A stretch of DNA of 64,000 nucleotides, taken from positions 32,001 through 96,000 of IMG/VR virus record IMGVR_UViG_3300036828_000755; one strand, written 5' to 3'. Source of the DNA: a virus. Of this stretch, positions 47,013-59,309 are shown one piece after another. The translations under genes were made by a program, and so were the position numbers. The first letter of the stretch is position 1. Each line of letters begins with the position of its first letter. The notes beneath the pieces are model-generated. The model did not search any database. It was given only the letters and a program-made list of their open reading frames with translations, and was not told the origin of the DNA.

Positions 47013-48540
47013 ATGATTGACAAGCGAGACCTGGCCATATGCACCACCTGTGGCCAGGAATACGTCAACGTGTACCAGCCAGGGGGATCCATGGAAGGTA
47101 TGGAAGGCCCTGAGGGTAAGAAGTTCGAATTCCGGGACATCACGGAATGCGTTGAGTGTTTCGAGGAGTTCGTGAGGTTTGAGTTGATCAGGTTAGAAAA
47201 GGAGAAGAAATAACAAGTGGTGTACAAGGAAATAGACGCTGTTCCAGCAGAAGAAATTCTTGCTGGTCGTGACCTGAGTATTAAGCGTAAGTATAATCCG
47301 GGAGACAAGGTCCTCATAAATGGGATTCAAACAACGGTGTTATGGTTTGAATCTTTCCCAGGTTCAGGGTATGGCGCAGACGCAATCATGTTTGTTGAGC
47401 TGCAGCCAGAATTTGGTGAATCAGACTTTGAGCCGTCCAACAATAGCTGGTCCTACCTTCGCAATAAGGAAGGTGAGAGGGTCTTGTTTGATTGGAAAGT
47501 CCCGGTATTGGATATTCGCTTGAAACGGATCATTGGTTGGTATAGCCACGGAAATAAGAAGTGGACAGTTGAGAAAGTTAGAAAGGGGAAGAAGTGAAGA
47601 AACTACAAGCAGCGATGCGCGACAAGGCCGCCAAGCGGTGGCACGAGGCGCGGGTAATGTACAAGGTTGGCAGCCCCATGAAGGGTTGCCGCAACTGTGG
47701 TGAGGAGGAAGAGGTGGAGGACGGCAAGTGGCAGTTCACTTCCGGGTTCCAGGTCTTCCGAGCATACAAGCCATGGTGGACGAAGTGGACCTGGAAATGC
47801 TGGGAGTGCGGCGCGACCGACTTGGCATGCTGGGCGCCAGACGAGCTAGGACTCATCGAGGCCGAGCTAGGCAAAGAACCCCTGTTGGGCAACCGCGAGG
47901 GTGTCCGCAAGAAGAAGTACCAGTTGCGCAGGGAAGCAATGCGGCAGATGGACAAGCCGACGCCTGAGAGGGTCACCTCGAGGGAAGCGGTGAACCCGGA
48001 GCATACTGCCAAGATACAAGATCTCGAGGCGAAGTTGGCGTTCCTCGTGGAACAGTTGAAAGGAAGGAAGTAGTGGAACAGAAGGAGGTAGTTGTGGAAG
48101 CAGTAAACATCAACCACATCGTTCGCGGCGGCACGGTCGCGAACTACACGTTGAGGGGAGAGCCAATCAAGCTCAACGGAAAGGAGTTCAGGGGGTACTT
48201 CAAGCCAGACGGCGACGGGTACGAGGAGGTCTGGGAAGAGGTGGACCTCGCAGTCAAGTCCAAGACCGGGATGCGGCTGCGCGGTTCTCGCAAGCAGAAG
48301 GCTGCTCGGGCCGCGGTACCGTTCTCGACCATCAAGATCGTCAAGCCACTGGAGCCGGTTGCTCCAAGGGTCGCGATCGCGGTGTTCGAGGGCAAGAGCA
48401 CGCAGGAGGTGCGCATCATCGAGCTTGAGGAGAAGATCAAGGCAGTCCTCGGGATTGATGAGAAAGCGACCAAGGCGGAGCAAGCTAAGCAGGCCGCGAT
48501 CAAGCGGCTCAAGGCGAAGTTCGACCGTCGTCGCATCTAG
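47013..48540 (+). CDS. Run of four hypothetical proteins (47013..47213 CxxC; 47217..47597; 47594..48073 double CxxC; 48073..48540)
   Basis: Abutting or overlapping ORFs with RBSs. Confidence 0.6.
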
Positions 48541-48571
48541 AGTTGACGGCGCTACGTCGCTAGGTGCGTGG

Positions 48572-48598
48572 ATTTACCGGGCCGGCGGGAAATACCGG
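48572..48598 (+). repeat. 27-nt hairpin motif copy 6
   Basis: ATTTACCGGGCCGGCGGGAAATACCGG followed by CTTT. Confidence 0.85.
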
Positions 48599-48619
48599 CT
48601 TTCACTTAGAGGAGAAGAA

Positions 48620-48787
48620 ATGATCAAGGTAACGGACGTTGAAGCAAGCGGGACACGTAGGATTTCCTACATCGAGCAGGACCGCGTCGAGGGAGTGGAC
48701 ACCGCGAGGGACGAGTGTCCCAAGGGAGGACGCGTCGAGTTGGAGTGGTGCCCGACTTTCTTGGAGCGGTTAGAAGAAAAGAAGTAA
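48620..48787 (+). CDS. Hypothetical protein, 55 aa
   Basis: AGGAG RBS; MIKVTDVEASG... Confidence 0.5.
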   Translation: MIKVTDVEASGTRRISYIEQDRVEGVDTARDECPKGGRVELEWCPTFLERLEEKK

Positions 48788-48964
48788 GCGAAGTGCAATT
48801 ATAACACGTCAAATGCCATTCTCAATGAAGCGAGGTAACAAATCCGTGATCTATTTTGCAACATACGCTAGGCCGCCGCCTAAGGTAGCCTAGCCAACAG
48901 ACATTGTCCGATGAGGAAGCCCGAAGTCCCGGACTTTTTGCCCTGCCCGGCGGGTTCCGGAACC

Positions 48965-49810
48965 CGGACAAAACAATCCGGGGGAACGTGGTAGTTTCCG
49001 CTTTACGATGGTTTTGTGAGGGAAATACGCCATGTGCGAAACAAGGCGCGGCGGGAATGTGCGGGTCTCCGGACCACAGTTGCCGGAACCTGCGGGTCGT
49101 CGCCGCGCAAAAACAAACTTGGTGAGCCTGGCGTATTCCGCATTATTATGGTTTTGTGAGGAGGTAACGCCACGAAATTACACCACGTTGTAGCATTCTT
49201 CAAGGTAGATCCCGCGTTCGGGAACTCGGACGAGTTCGCCAAGGTCGGGATCCCGCGAGTTGGGGCCCCGTGGCTCGTGTCTGTGCCGGGGATCTTGTAC
49301 TCCGCTGAGCGGAACGAGGTCCTGCGGCAGGCGCTCGAGTTGCAGGACAAGATTTTCCCGAAGCCCTGAACAGGAACCTGCTAGTTCCCGTGCGGCATTG
49401 GCGGGAAGGCGCAGATTCCCGATTCGGGATTCCTGGGCCTGGGATCTAGGGTCTGGAGATGGGTCCAAAAATGGACAGGGACAGGTGTTGGTTCACTCGA
49501 ACACCTTGCTACCGTTCGAAAATGTGCGGGTTCAGGTTCGCGGGAACTCCCGAAAAAGGCTCCAGTCTCTGGTTTCCACTCCCAAGCAACCGGAGGCCAG
49601 GGTCTAGTAGCAAAAAAACTTGCCAAAACAAACCCGAAATTGTGGCAAAAGTCTGCATTACAATGGTCTTGTGAGGGTTTGCAACAACGAAAATTACCCA
49701 AGAATTACATGCTGCGAGCCACTGTTCTTGCATTCACAAAAATGCAACGGATTCAAAACAATCCCGAACAAAGTGGCAAAAACTGTAGTATAATGGTTTT
49801 AGTGAGCAAT
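48965..49810 (+). promoter_or_regulatory. Four dispersed ~55-bp promoter-like repeats CAAAACAA...TGG...TAnnAT-GGTyTT(A)GTGAG in a 1.1-kb non-coding gap
   Basis: -10-like hexamers at 49004 (TACGAT), 49144 (TATTAT), 49659 (TACAAT) and 49789 (TATAAT), each followed by GGTTTTGTGAG-like sequence. Confidence 0.65.
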
Positions 49811-49894
49811 ACGTCACTAAATACTTCTCGGCACGCTCACACGAGCCGAGGAAACGACCCGCGTCCATGTGGCGTGGGTTAACTAGGGAGCATC

Positions 49895-50740
49895 ATGCGC
49901 AACAAAAACCGCAATCGTGCAAACGAAACCGGTTCCACTGCCGTACTCGACAGCAGCAACGTCGAGGGGGCACAGGAACTGCCAACCACAACCACCAACG
50001 AGGGCAAACCCCTGTCCGAGTGGACCCGCGAGGAACTCCTCGCAAAACTCACGGACGCTGATCCCGAGGGAATCTCATCTGCCCTCGAGATGAGCGACGA
50101 GGGCCTGCGCGAGCTCGTGCAGATCGTGCTCGATGACCCGGAAGCTGGCGAGGATGTCGTCCTTGAGTCCAGCGACGACGCTGTCGCGGAAGTCCCGGCG
50201 ACCGAGCCAATCGTCGAGGTTGTCCCGGAAGCTCCGGTGACCGAGCAGCCCGCCGTGTCCGAACCCCCTGTTGCTGAGGTTCCGGCAACAATCGAACCGG
50301 CTGCTCAGCAGGAAACGCCCGCAACCACGGAGGTTGTGGCGCTCGACCTCTCGGGCATCCCCGAGTCTGCGCTCAAGGTCATCACCACCCTCATGGACGA
50401 GATCAACAAGCTCAAGGCCCGCGGCCCCGGTCGCAAGGTCGCGAGCGGTTCTACTCCTCGCCCGAACGTGGTGTACACGCTGCTGGCAAAGCCGCCGGCG
50501 TGGCACAACACACCGCAGGTTGCCCAGCTCGAGCAAATCCTGTTTGCTCCCGAGGTTGCCGCGAAGTTCACCGTCGAAGTCCAGGGCAAGCCCACGGTCC
50601 AGATCAAGGAACCGGACATGTTCGCCCTCATCGAGGACGGCAAGACCCGCGGCGTGCTTCGCACTCGCCAGCCCGCTGTCCGGATCTTCCAGTACTACCG
50701 GTCGGACCTGATCGCGGCCAACGTCCTCGTCCAGCAGTAA
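49895..50740 (+). CDS. Paralog family member 3 with acidic Glu/Pro-rich N-terminal region, 281 aa
   Basis: VYTLLAKPPAWHNTPQ...IL...LRTRQPAVRIFQYYR. Confidence 0.75.
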   Translation: MRNKNRNRANETGSTAVLDSSNVEGAQELPTTTTNEGKPLSEWTREELLAKLTDADPEGISSALEMSDEGLRELVQIVLDDPEAGEDVVLESSDDAVAEVPATEPIVEVVPEAPVTEQPAVSEPPVAEVPATIEPAAQQETPATTEVVALDLSGIPESALKVITTLMDEINKLKARGPGRKVASGSTPRPNVVYTLLAKPPAWHNTPQVAQLEQILFAPEVAAKFTVEVQGKPTVQIKEPDMFALIEDGKTRGVLRTRQPAVRIFQYYRSDLIAANVLVQQ

Positions 50741-50755
50741 GTTGGGGTCTGCTCT

Positions 50756-50789
50756 CCCTGGCCTCTCGTGCTCTTGCGAGAGGCTAGGG
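50756..50789 (+). terminator. Probable terminator hairpin
   Basis: CCCTGGCCTCTCG...CGAGAGGCTAGGG stem just after the stop codon. Confidence 0.45.
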
Positions 50790-50990
50790 ACTCCGCAGAT
50801 TTGCAAGGAAAAAGCTCAATTCTTGCCTGCAAGATTGCCCGAAAATCGCAAATTCGGACAAGCTTTGCTTTTATCTTGTTGACCTCTCTTGCAGTACTTT
50901 GGTACCAAAGATGGCTCCGCGTCGAGTAAATCCTTACACGGTGCGAGGCGACCTTTGGGTCCAAGTTATTGGAACCATTGAAAGGAACCA

Positions 50991-53900
50991 GTGCAAATGG
51001 CAGTACTAACGTGCCGGAGTCACCCAGACTTGAGGTGGCATTGCAAGGACATCGCCATAACCGGGGGAAAATACAACGGGATGCGGCACATCTTCTTCTC
51101 GGGACGGCTTCGCCGGCACGATGCAGCGGGTGATGGGAAACTAGTCCCAGTGTTCTACAGCGACATGAGCGGGGTCGACTGTGACAGGTTCGACGAGGTT
51201 GCTCGCAAGGAAATCAAGGAGTGCGAGTGTCCTAGCTCAGACCTCGAGCTGGCGCCGGAGGACGCGGAGATCCACGTCGGCTGGCGCGACAAGGATGACA
51301 ACTGGGTCAAGGGACCCAGGAAGGATGCCCCGAAGGAGGCAGAAACGTTTTAACATGGAAAAGCTGTACAACTACAAGGTGACCGGCAACGGCCAGTTCC
51401 CCCTGGATATGTTGCGGTACGACTCGTGCTTCCCGGGAGACCCGGACGCGGTGTCGAAGCTCTGCATCGACCGCAAGGACCCGTTCTTCAAGGAACCCAG
51501 GACGGTCAAGGTTACCGGGTGCGCCAAGCCGACGGTTGCCCGCTGGGCCTCGTTCGGGTGGACGGTGGAGGCGTTGCCGTGATCTTTGACGTGGAAGCAT
51601 TCGTGAAGAAGATCGAGGAAGCCTCGCTCCACGTCAAGGACGTGGTCGACGAGACGGTCAGGGAAGACCTAGACCCGGTGGAAAACGTTGGCAGGGTCTC
51701 GCACTACTGCTTCGAGATCGGGGAAATCCTGGCCGATGTCATGGAAGCGATAGTTTCCAGGGTTCCGCTCGAAGATGTGCAAAAGGCGATAATCGACGAG
51801 TACCTCACGTCCTACGTCCCGACGGAGGAAGAGAAAAGTTGAAGATCAAGATTGAGAAGGGCATCCCGATCACGCACAGGATAAGGAACAGCGGCGTTAA
51901 CGACGCGATCCAATCCCTCGAAGTCGGCGACAGCTTCAAGATTCCTGACGGCATAGTCGTTGCGGGGCTGTACACGCTCGCGAGGCGCGCAGGTATCAAG
52001 GTCACGATACATGACCGAAGGTTGTGGAGGACAGGATAAGGCATGAGTCCTAAGGTAAAAGATATGTTTGCTCGCCTCGAACAGCTGGGCTTACTCCCAG
52101 AACAGTTTGCGAATCCTCGCAAGCTCCGCAGATGGAGGAATAGGTTGCAAAAGAAGACACAACAGGAAGTGGTAGGGACTCCAGTTCCCAGGAAACACAA
52201 CAGGGACGAAATAGAGAAGGTTTCGGCGAAACTCCTCACCGACCTGAGGCAGGAAGTCCAACTCACGCACAACCAGGCTGTTGGGGGTCCGAACACTGTC
52301 GCGTTCGTCCAGTCGATGATCAGCCAGGTCACCGACATCGAAGACGTCGGGAAATTAGCAGAGGTTTGCTTTGCCGCAGGAATCATAGTAGGGTCTAGGT
52401 TGAAACAGCCATGAAACTGTCCAAGGCAGCGCAAATCTTCAGCGACTTGCTGAGGGAGCACGGGGACCAGGAATTCGTCCTGAGGATGGATGGTGAGGCA
52501 AGCCAGTGCCTGTCCATGACTGGCTCGGTGGACTCGACTAGTCCAATACGTCTCGGTGTTGCCTCGACTGAGCACGAGGACGTCGAGTTGTTCAACGGCG
52601 TGGTAAACGGTGGAGACTCGTTCGCGAGGCCCGTCGAGGCGTTGCCGTGAAAAAGATCAAGGTCAGGGGGTTCCGGGACGTGGAGTTGGTCCGCGTCGTG
52701 CTTCCGGGGAAGGTCTGCCTGGTCCGCATCCAGGGCAAGGAAGTGATGGTTGCCTGGGACTGCGAGGCCGAGAAGTGGGCGACAGACCAGGCGTTGATCG
52801 AGGAATACCTCGGAAAAAAGAAGAAGGAGAACCCGTTTCCGTGATGGACGATTTACGAAAGCAAGTCTTTGACGAGAACCAGTCGAAGTTACAGCCAGAA
52901 CTTAGGGTTGCCAGGGATGGCGAGGAGATGTGCCAGGACGAGCTAGGCGGGGTGTCCTGCACCCTGAAGAAGGGCCACGCCGTGGACCGCCACGTTTGCC
53001 ACTCTATACTGGGGCGAATCTTGCAGACTTGGTCCGACAAGGTCAAGCCCGCGAGGGCGTACGCCAGGGGTTTGCCGGCACCACCGAACTTCGACCTGCA
53101 CGACGGCTTCGACGAGAAAAACGAGTCGACGACGTTCTTCAGGTCCAGGGACAACTTGACGGAGATCAAGGTCACCGTCCTCTTGAGGCAGCGCAAGACC
53201 GAGGAAGGAGACTGGGAATAGGATGGCAGAAAGATTCGTCGAGGTCGGGATCCCGGTCTCTGAGCCCGAAGAACTGCGAACCAGGTTCGCAACCCCGCTC
53301 GACTTCGACAGGTTCTGGGACCCATACATGCGAACCATGAGGGTCAGCTGTTTCGCCGAGGAGCATAGGCCGGGCGAGTTTACCCCGTGCATCGAGGCGT
53401 TTCCCGGGAACCAGCCGTGGGAGTTCCCGATAACCTTGGATACCGAGATCGGGGCGATATCCGCCGCGGTCGAGTTCCTGTGGACGATCAAGGACTTCGA
53501 CGACCTGGCCCCGTTCGCGCACTCTTGCGCTGGGAAGGTCGAGGGTTGGCTTGGGCAAGGAAAACAGGTCGGCGCACGCTGACGCCCAATGGCGATGGGA
53601 GAAAAAAAGGCAATGCTGTGGAATGACGTAGCAAGACAAGTTAGCGGTGGTTTTCGGCCACGGATAAGGAAGACTGGGGATCTGAAGAAAGACACCAGCA
53701 TTCGATCCTCGATATACAGCAGCATGCAAAGGACGTACGAGCTCCGCGTCTCAATCAATGACGTTGGGGACGCGTTTGAGGTCGTGTGTCGGGCAGACCG
53801 CGGGGTCGTTCGGTCACCTCAACCGATGTCAGGAAAATCTGACGGTATCAAGGTCGTGCTAAGCAATGGCGAGTACTACTATGGCGCCAGCCTGCTGCCA

Positions 53901-56691
53901 TTCGGCAGGTGCGTACTCCTGGACTTGCCGGAGCAACCAGGCCTAGAATCCGTGGTCGACCTGGTCCAACCACTCAAGGTTGGGTTCGACGCCGAATTTG
54001 ACAGCCAGGTCTATTTCGCGGGCGGGTACAACATTTCCGTTGAACAAGACAAGGAGGACCAGGATGAAACCTCTGTTGACGCTGATCCCCAAGGAGAATA
54101 ACTGGCCGACGAACACGATCAGGAGCACGGACTCCTTCTTCAACGTCCTCGTGGACGGCAAAATGGCGCCGTTCGACGCGTCATTCACCCCTGGTGGAAG
54201 GCTTTACTCGATAGAGAGCGTCCACGTGCCGAACGGTCAGGTGGGTAAGCTAATGGGTCAGGCGAACGTTACGAGGAAGATGCTGCAGGAGGCATATGAC
54301 CTATGGCGAATGAGGGCTTAACGATGAACGCAGAAGAAAGGTTCAGGGTCGAGGTCGGAAGACAAAGGACCATCGAGGAAGTGCGCCAAGCACTGGCGGA
54401 AGCAGAGCCAGTGGCCGCGAGGTACAAGGCCTCGGAAGAGGCGATCGACGCGATGCCGGGTGGTCCCGGACGCGACGCGGCCGCCAAGGCGCACGGCGAG
54501 GAGTTCGACCCTGACGATAGCGAGGACGTCTGCAACGGGTTGCGGGAGATCCTCCCAGAGCTCGAGGAAATCGAGTTAGTAAGGGCCAGGTGTTCGGGTT
54601 GGCCCGAACCAAAGAAAACCAAGTGCCTCGAAGCAGTCCAGGAGTTCTGGCAAACCACCGTCGAGCGGCACATCAGGAATTGCCGACACTGGATCGAGGT
54701 ATTCGGGACAGAGTCGTTCGTCAGGATCCAGGTATTTAGCTGGGTTGCGGGCGTTGAGCCCAACTTCGACCCCCTGTATGACGCGACCCCCGAGGAATCT
54801 GAGACGTTCAAGGAACAGGCAAGGGAGATGATGCGGCCTGTCTTGGAACAAATCTGCGACAAGGATTAGTCAACGATTACTGAAGGAATAGGAAAGAAGG
54901 AATAGGGAAGATGTACTTGATCCAAGTAACGATGGACAACGGGTGGTGTGGTTTCTTACCCGAGGCCGGGGAACCAATGGTGTTCTCGCACGAGGGGGCA
55001 CTCCAAGCTATTGCCCGCTTGCAAGAGGGCCACGAGATGGGGGACTTGTTTGAGCCGTGGCGATCCAGTCCCCAGAATCCTGGGATCACCGAGTTCAAGA
55101 TCTTTGAACTGGTAGAAAGGAAGTAATGTGGAAAAAGAAAAGCTAAAGATCCCGATCAACGCGGGATGGCTGGCCGAGAACGGCATGCTCGTCGTTGCTG
55201 CCGCACAGCTCGGGATAGTGTTCGACCCCGGGTCGGCGAACGACAGGGGGATAACGATGGTCGGGCCGGACGGCAACAAGTTGCTGCTGTACTCCGACTA
55301 CCTCCTGTTTACCCTGGGACAGCTACAGGTCCTGGGCTTTGACACCGGGCCGATTTGCAACAGCTGCGGCAAGCCGTTGCCGGTCTGCGAGAGGGAGCGG
55401 GAAGAAATACACGCGAGGATGCTGGCGGAAGCGGGGGCCTTCGAACCGAGATGAGGAAAGAAACTGAGGCCAGCAAAGGCGCGAGGGGTCCCAGGTTTAC
55501 GTTGGACGACTACGGGACAGGGCTCGTGCTGAGGGTCGAAAACGACTACGAGGACTCGCTCATACCGGACGACGAACTCATCAGGTTGTTCAACCTGGAC
55601 CTTGCTGACCCGAAGTTGGTCCAAGAGGCGAGGGAGGCACTGGCCCAGTTGGTTCCCACCTTGAACAGGGTAGATTCAGGCCCAGGAAACTCACTCGATG
55701 GCAAATCGTACGCCGGCGTCAACGTACCACACGAGTATCCGGCGCACTTTTGTCAGGCCACGTCCTGCAAGTATCCGGACCCGGTTTCTGCGTACTCGCT
55801 TAAGGCGCACGACGACCTTGAAGTGGAGGTCTTCCTGTGCGACGAGCACGCGCCAAGAAGTTCCGGGTCAAGGGAGGCCCCCGAAACAACGTGAGGAAAG
55901 GGACGCTGAGGATGGCTAGGTCGGAAGAGGAGTTCCGCCAATTCTGCGACGGCAGGCCGGGTGCCGGCGTCGCGAACGATTTCCCGGGCGGCATGGTGTT
56001 GCACCGTGCTGGGTGCCACACGTTGAACCGCAAAAACCACGTGGAGGGGGACGTTCGCTGGCCAGCAGGTGGGCCAGGGGGCAGGGGGAGTGTTTTCCGC
56101 GTCAAGTGGCTGGCCGACACGGTGGACGAGCTGAAGGTCAGGTGGCCGACCGCCTACCTGTGCGGGAAGTGCCTGTAGCCGTGGCTACCAACAAGGAAAA
56201 GGGAGCGTCGGTGACGGAGATCGTCAAGTTTCGGGTCTTCCACATGCCCTGTTGCGGGCAACTGCTGTGCTGGGTCAACCCGCGCCTACCATCGTTCTGC
56301 CCGGAATGCGGGACGAGCGTGTACTTGGAACTAAATTCCAAGGACCGCAAACACATCAAGTTGTGGGACGACCACGCGCAGCTGAAGTTCACGGAAGGGG
56401 CGCTCTACTAGGAATATGGTAGGAAAGAAAACGCGGATCCCGGCGATCAACCAGGTGCTGTGCGAGGCCATCCCGACATCGTTCGGGGACGCCCCTAGCA
56501 GGTTGCCCGGGCACGTCGCGGGACTAGTCAAGGAAGCGATGAAGCTGGCCGACCCGGCCCCGATGGTCAGGAAGATACTGGTCGACTGGCGCGTGGACGT
56601 CCTGGAGAACGAGGATCACGTGCTGGTCCGGTGCGTGGGCTCCGGGACCGTGGCACGGTTGAAGAAGAAGATTTTGGTCGAAAAAAGGTAA
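50991..56691 (+). CDS. Dense cluster of about 18 short hypothetical genes (e.g. 50991..51353, 51354..51582 FPLDMLRYD family, 51839..52039 IEKGIP..LEVGDSF family, 52043..52414, 53223..53582, 53589..54101, 54303..54869, 55128..55454, 56416..56691)
   Basis: Abutting plus-strand ORFs with ATGA/GTGA overlaps; no confident functions. Confidence 0.55.
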
Positions 56692-57704
56692 GGAGGAAAA
56701 TTGGCAGCATGGTTGGCGCAAAAGATGATGGAAAACAAAACTGGTCAAATTTCCAGGAAGGGGACGAGGTACAACTCGTCTTCCTTGGGCAAGACCCAGC
56801 TAAACACGAGGAATTGTTTAAGCCAGAAAAAGTCGAGGAAGCGACCGTTGTGGGGTTCTTCATCCCGCACAATGATGGTTGCTACGTATTCAAGACCAAG
56901 TCTGGCAAGAACCTTTACGTGGAACCGTTCCCATACCCGTATGATCCTGAAGGTAGTTGGCCAGGGGATGGCCTATGGCCATCAGAAGAAGACTGGGAAA
57001 TCCCGCCCACTCTTCGGGGAGTAGGTTCCTACACGGTCGCTCCGACGACTGGGCACGCGGCTTCCCTCTTTAGGCCGACCAACGAAACCTACGAGGCGAC
57101 CCCAACGACGACCTTGCTACCCCTTGACCAGTCAACTCCCGAGGATTTCGGGGCAATACTGGTTGTTCCAAGGCAACCACTGGTGGACGTCGACTTCGTC
57201 GACCGTCTCAAGCAATGTATCACCAGGGCCATCGCCGACCAACTCCCGAACTTCGAAGAAGTTCGCTGGCACGAGGTCCTCCTCGGAGACGAGCTCCGGG
57301 TTCGAGATAAGGAAGGGTTAGGATTTGACGCAAGGGTCATCTTCAAGGTCGAGGAAGACTTCAAGTACGAGCTATTGCTCGTTGCGTCCGACGGGAAGGT
57401 CAGGAAACTCTCATCCAATGGGAAACCTCGTCCTGAACAGGGAACGTTTTGGAACTTGGAGGGGTTGCGCGCGGCCAAGGTCGCGAAGTTGGGTCACCGG
57501 GACATCCACAATGTCAGGTTCCACGCAAGGGGAGAAGTGGGAAGGCTCCCGGAATCCTTGGGTTGGTCGGAAACCGAGCATAACGCCGAGGTCATGGCAA
57601 CCGTGACCGGGAAAGATGTCTGGGTCGACGTCGAGTACTCGTTCGGTGTGTCTGCAACAGACACGAGGACTACCTCGTACTTAGCGTTCAAGGTCCTAAA
57701 TTAA
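56631..57704 (+). CDS. Hypothetical protein, up to 357 aa (start uncertain)
   Basis: ORF track. Confidence 0.55.
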   Translation: MRGLRDRGTVEEEDFGRKKVRRKIGSMVGAKDDGKQNWSNFQEGDEVQLVFLGQDPAKHEELFKPEKVEEATVVGFFIPHNDGCYVFKTKSGKNLYVEPFPYPYDPEGSWPGDGLWPSEEDWEIPPTLRGVGSYTVAPTTGHAASLFRPTNETYEATPTTTLLPLDQSTPEDFGAILVVPRQPLVDVDFVDRLKQCITRAIADQLPNFEEVRWHEVLLGDELRVRDKEGLGFDARVIFKVEEDFKYELLLVASDGKVRKLSSNGKPRPEQGTFWNLEGLRAAKVAKLGHRDIHNVRFHARGEVGRLPESLGWSETEHNAEVMATVTGKDVWVDVEYSFGVSATDTRTTSYLAFKVLN

Positions 57705-57725
57705 AATTAAGAAAAGGGGTAGCAG

Positions 57726-58697
57726 ATGTGGCAGGTTGAGCTGACGAAGAAGCCGAGGGTCAACGACTTCAGGGACGACTACTTTCCCAGGAAAACGTAC
57801 TACAAGGCGGACGCGCTGAAGTTGCAGAAGGAAGTCGAGGACAAGGGCGGGGAAGCCTTGGTCGTGCGGGTCTCCCGTTCCGCTAAGAAAGGAAACTGAT
57901 GCCCAAGATCAAGGTAACCATCAACGGGACGAGTGCGAACCCCTGGCACGCGATGTGCTTGGAACAGAACCCGTTTCCCCAAATTGGGAGGATGGAGTAC
58001 GACGAGTTCTCGAAGAGGGTTTCATCACTGGACGCTGACCCGATCGACCCTGGGGAAGCAGAAGCCATTATCCGAGGGAGACTCAAGGGCTGTTCCGAGG
58101 AATTCGTGAAGATCTGCCTCTCGCAGTACAAGCCAGGGGAGCGGGTCAAGTTCGAGGTGACGTGGTGATGGCGCCCAACCAGGTAGCGGAAGAATTCCGC
58201 CTCTTGCGATTCCTCCACGAAACCTTGAAGCTGCAGCTGGGGGAGGCGCACGAGAGGAAGGCGACGCTTGCCGAACTCCTGTGCTTGACGAGGCAGCTCA
58301 TCGTCGTCCAGGACTTGCTAGACTTCGCCAAGCAGCGGAACCTCGAGCAGGTCAACGCGGAGATGGCGGCCGAAGCAACGGTGGTGGTCGTGGATTGAGG
58401 AGGTGCTGCGTGCTGGAAAACTTGACTAAGCCAAGCCTCACCCAGGCCGAGTTCGACGCTTTGCCGCCATGCGGCAACGTCCCGCTCACCTGCGGGAGGC
58501 ACCCGCTGCTGAGGTGGACCGCGAGGAAGTCCGCGACGATCCGGTGCGCGGGTCTGCACCTCGCATATCCTGGCAGCCAAACCTACTTCCTTGGGAAGGT
58601 GGCGGGAACCGACAGTTTCGGGTATGTTCCCGCGTGCGCCTGCGAGTCGAAGAATTTGTTGGTAGTTATCCGAGAACATGCACGAGGAGGAGTATGA
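57726..58697 (+). CDS. Four short hypothetical genes (57726..57899; 57899..58168; 58162..58398; about 58410..58697)
   Basis: Overlapping start/stop codons. Confidence 0.5.
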
Positions 58698-59071
58698 GGG
58701 TAGGGTTTACGGGTACGAGGGTCGGCATGACCGACAACCAGAAGAAGCAGCTCACCGGGCTGTTGCAGGGCGTGACCGAGTTCCACCACGGCGACTGCGT
58801 CGGGGCCGATGCCCAGGCGCACGACATCGCGAGGAACCTCGGGTGCTCGGTTGTCATCCACCCACCGGTGCTGAGGACCTACAGGGCTTTCAAGCAGAGC
58901 GACCGGACTCGGGTCCCTAAGTCCTACGTTGAGAGGAACCACGACATAGTCGACGAGGTCGAGCTGCTGATCGCGGCGCCGAGTGGGCCGGAGGCGGTGC
59001 GTTCTGGGACGTGGTCGACCGTGAGGTATGCGAGGAAGTTGGGCCGAAAAGTGGAGATCTTGGGGAGGTAG
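58694..59071 (+). CDS. SLOG (Smf/DprA-LOG) superfamily protein, 125 aa
   Basis: GAGGAGG RBS; VGFTGTR, FHHGDCVGAD, ERNHDIVD, RSGTWSTVRYA motifs. Confidence 0.7.
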   Translation: MRVGFTGTRVGMTDNQKKQLTGLLQGVTEFHHGDCVGADAQAHDIARNLGCSVVIHPPVLRTYRAFKQSDRTRVPKSYVERNHDIVDEVELLIAAPSGPEAVRSGTWSTVRYARKLGRKVEILGR

Positions 59072-59309
59072 TCGTGTCGCTGAAGAACAAGTTGAACGCG
59101 TGGTCCGCGGGGATACTCGCGGCCTGCGGGGCCGTGCTGCTGATACTTGGGGTGCTGATACCGTCGTCGGCCGTCGCGACGGCCACGAGCATCCTCGGTG
59201 CGCTGGCCTTCTTGGCCGGCTGCGCCGTCGCGGCCTGGGTCTCCGACAGGCAAAACAGTGGAGAATGATGGCAGGATCGAGGATCGGCCAAAAAATACCG
59301 GATGACCCC

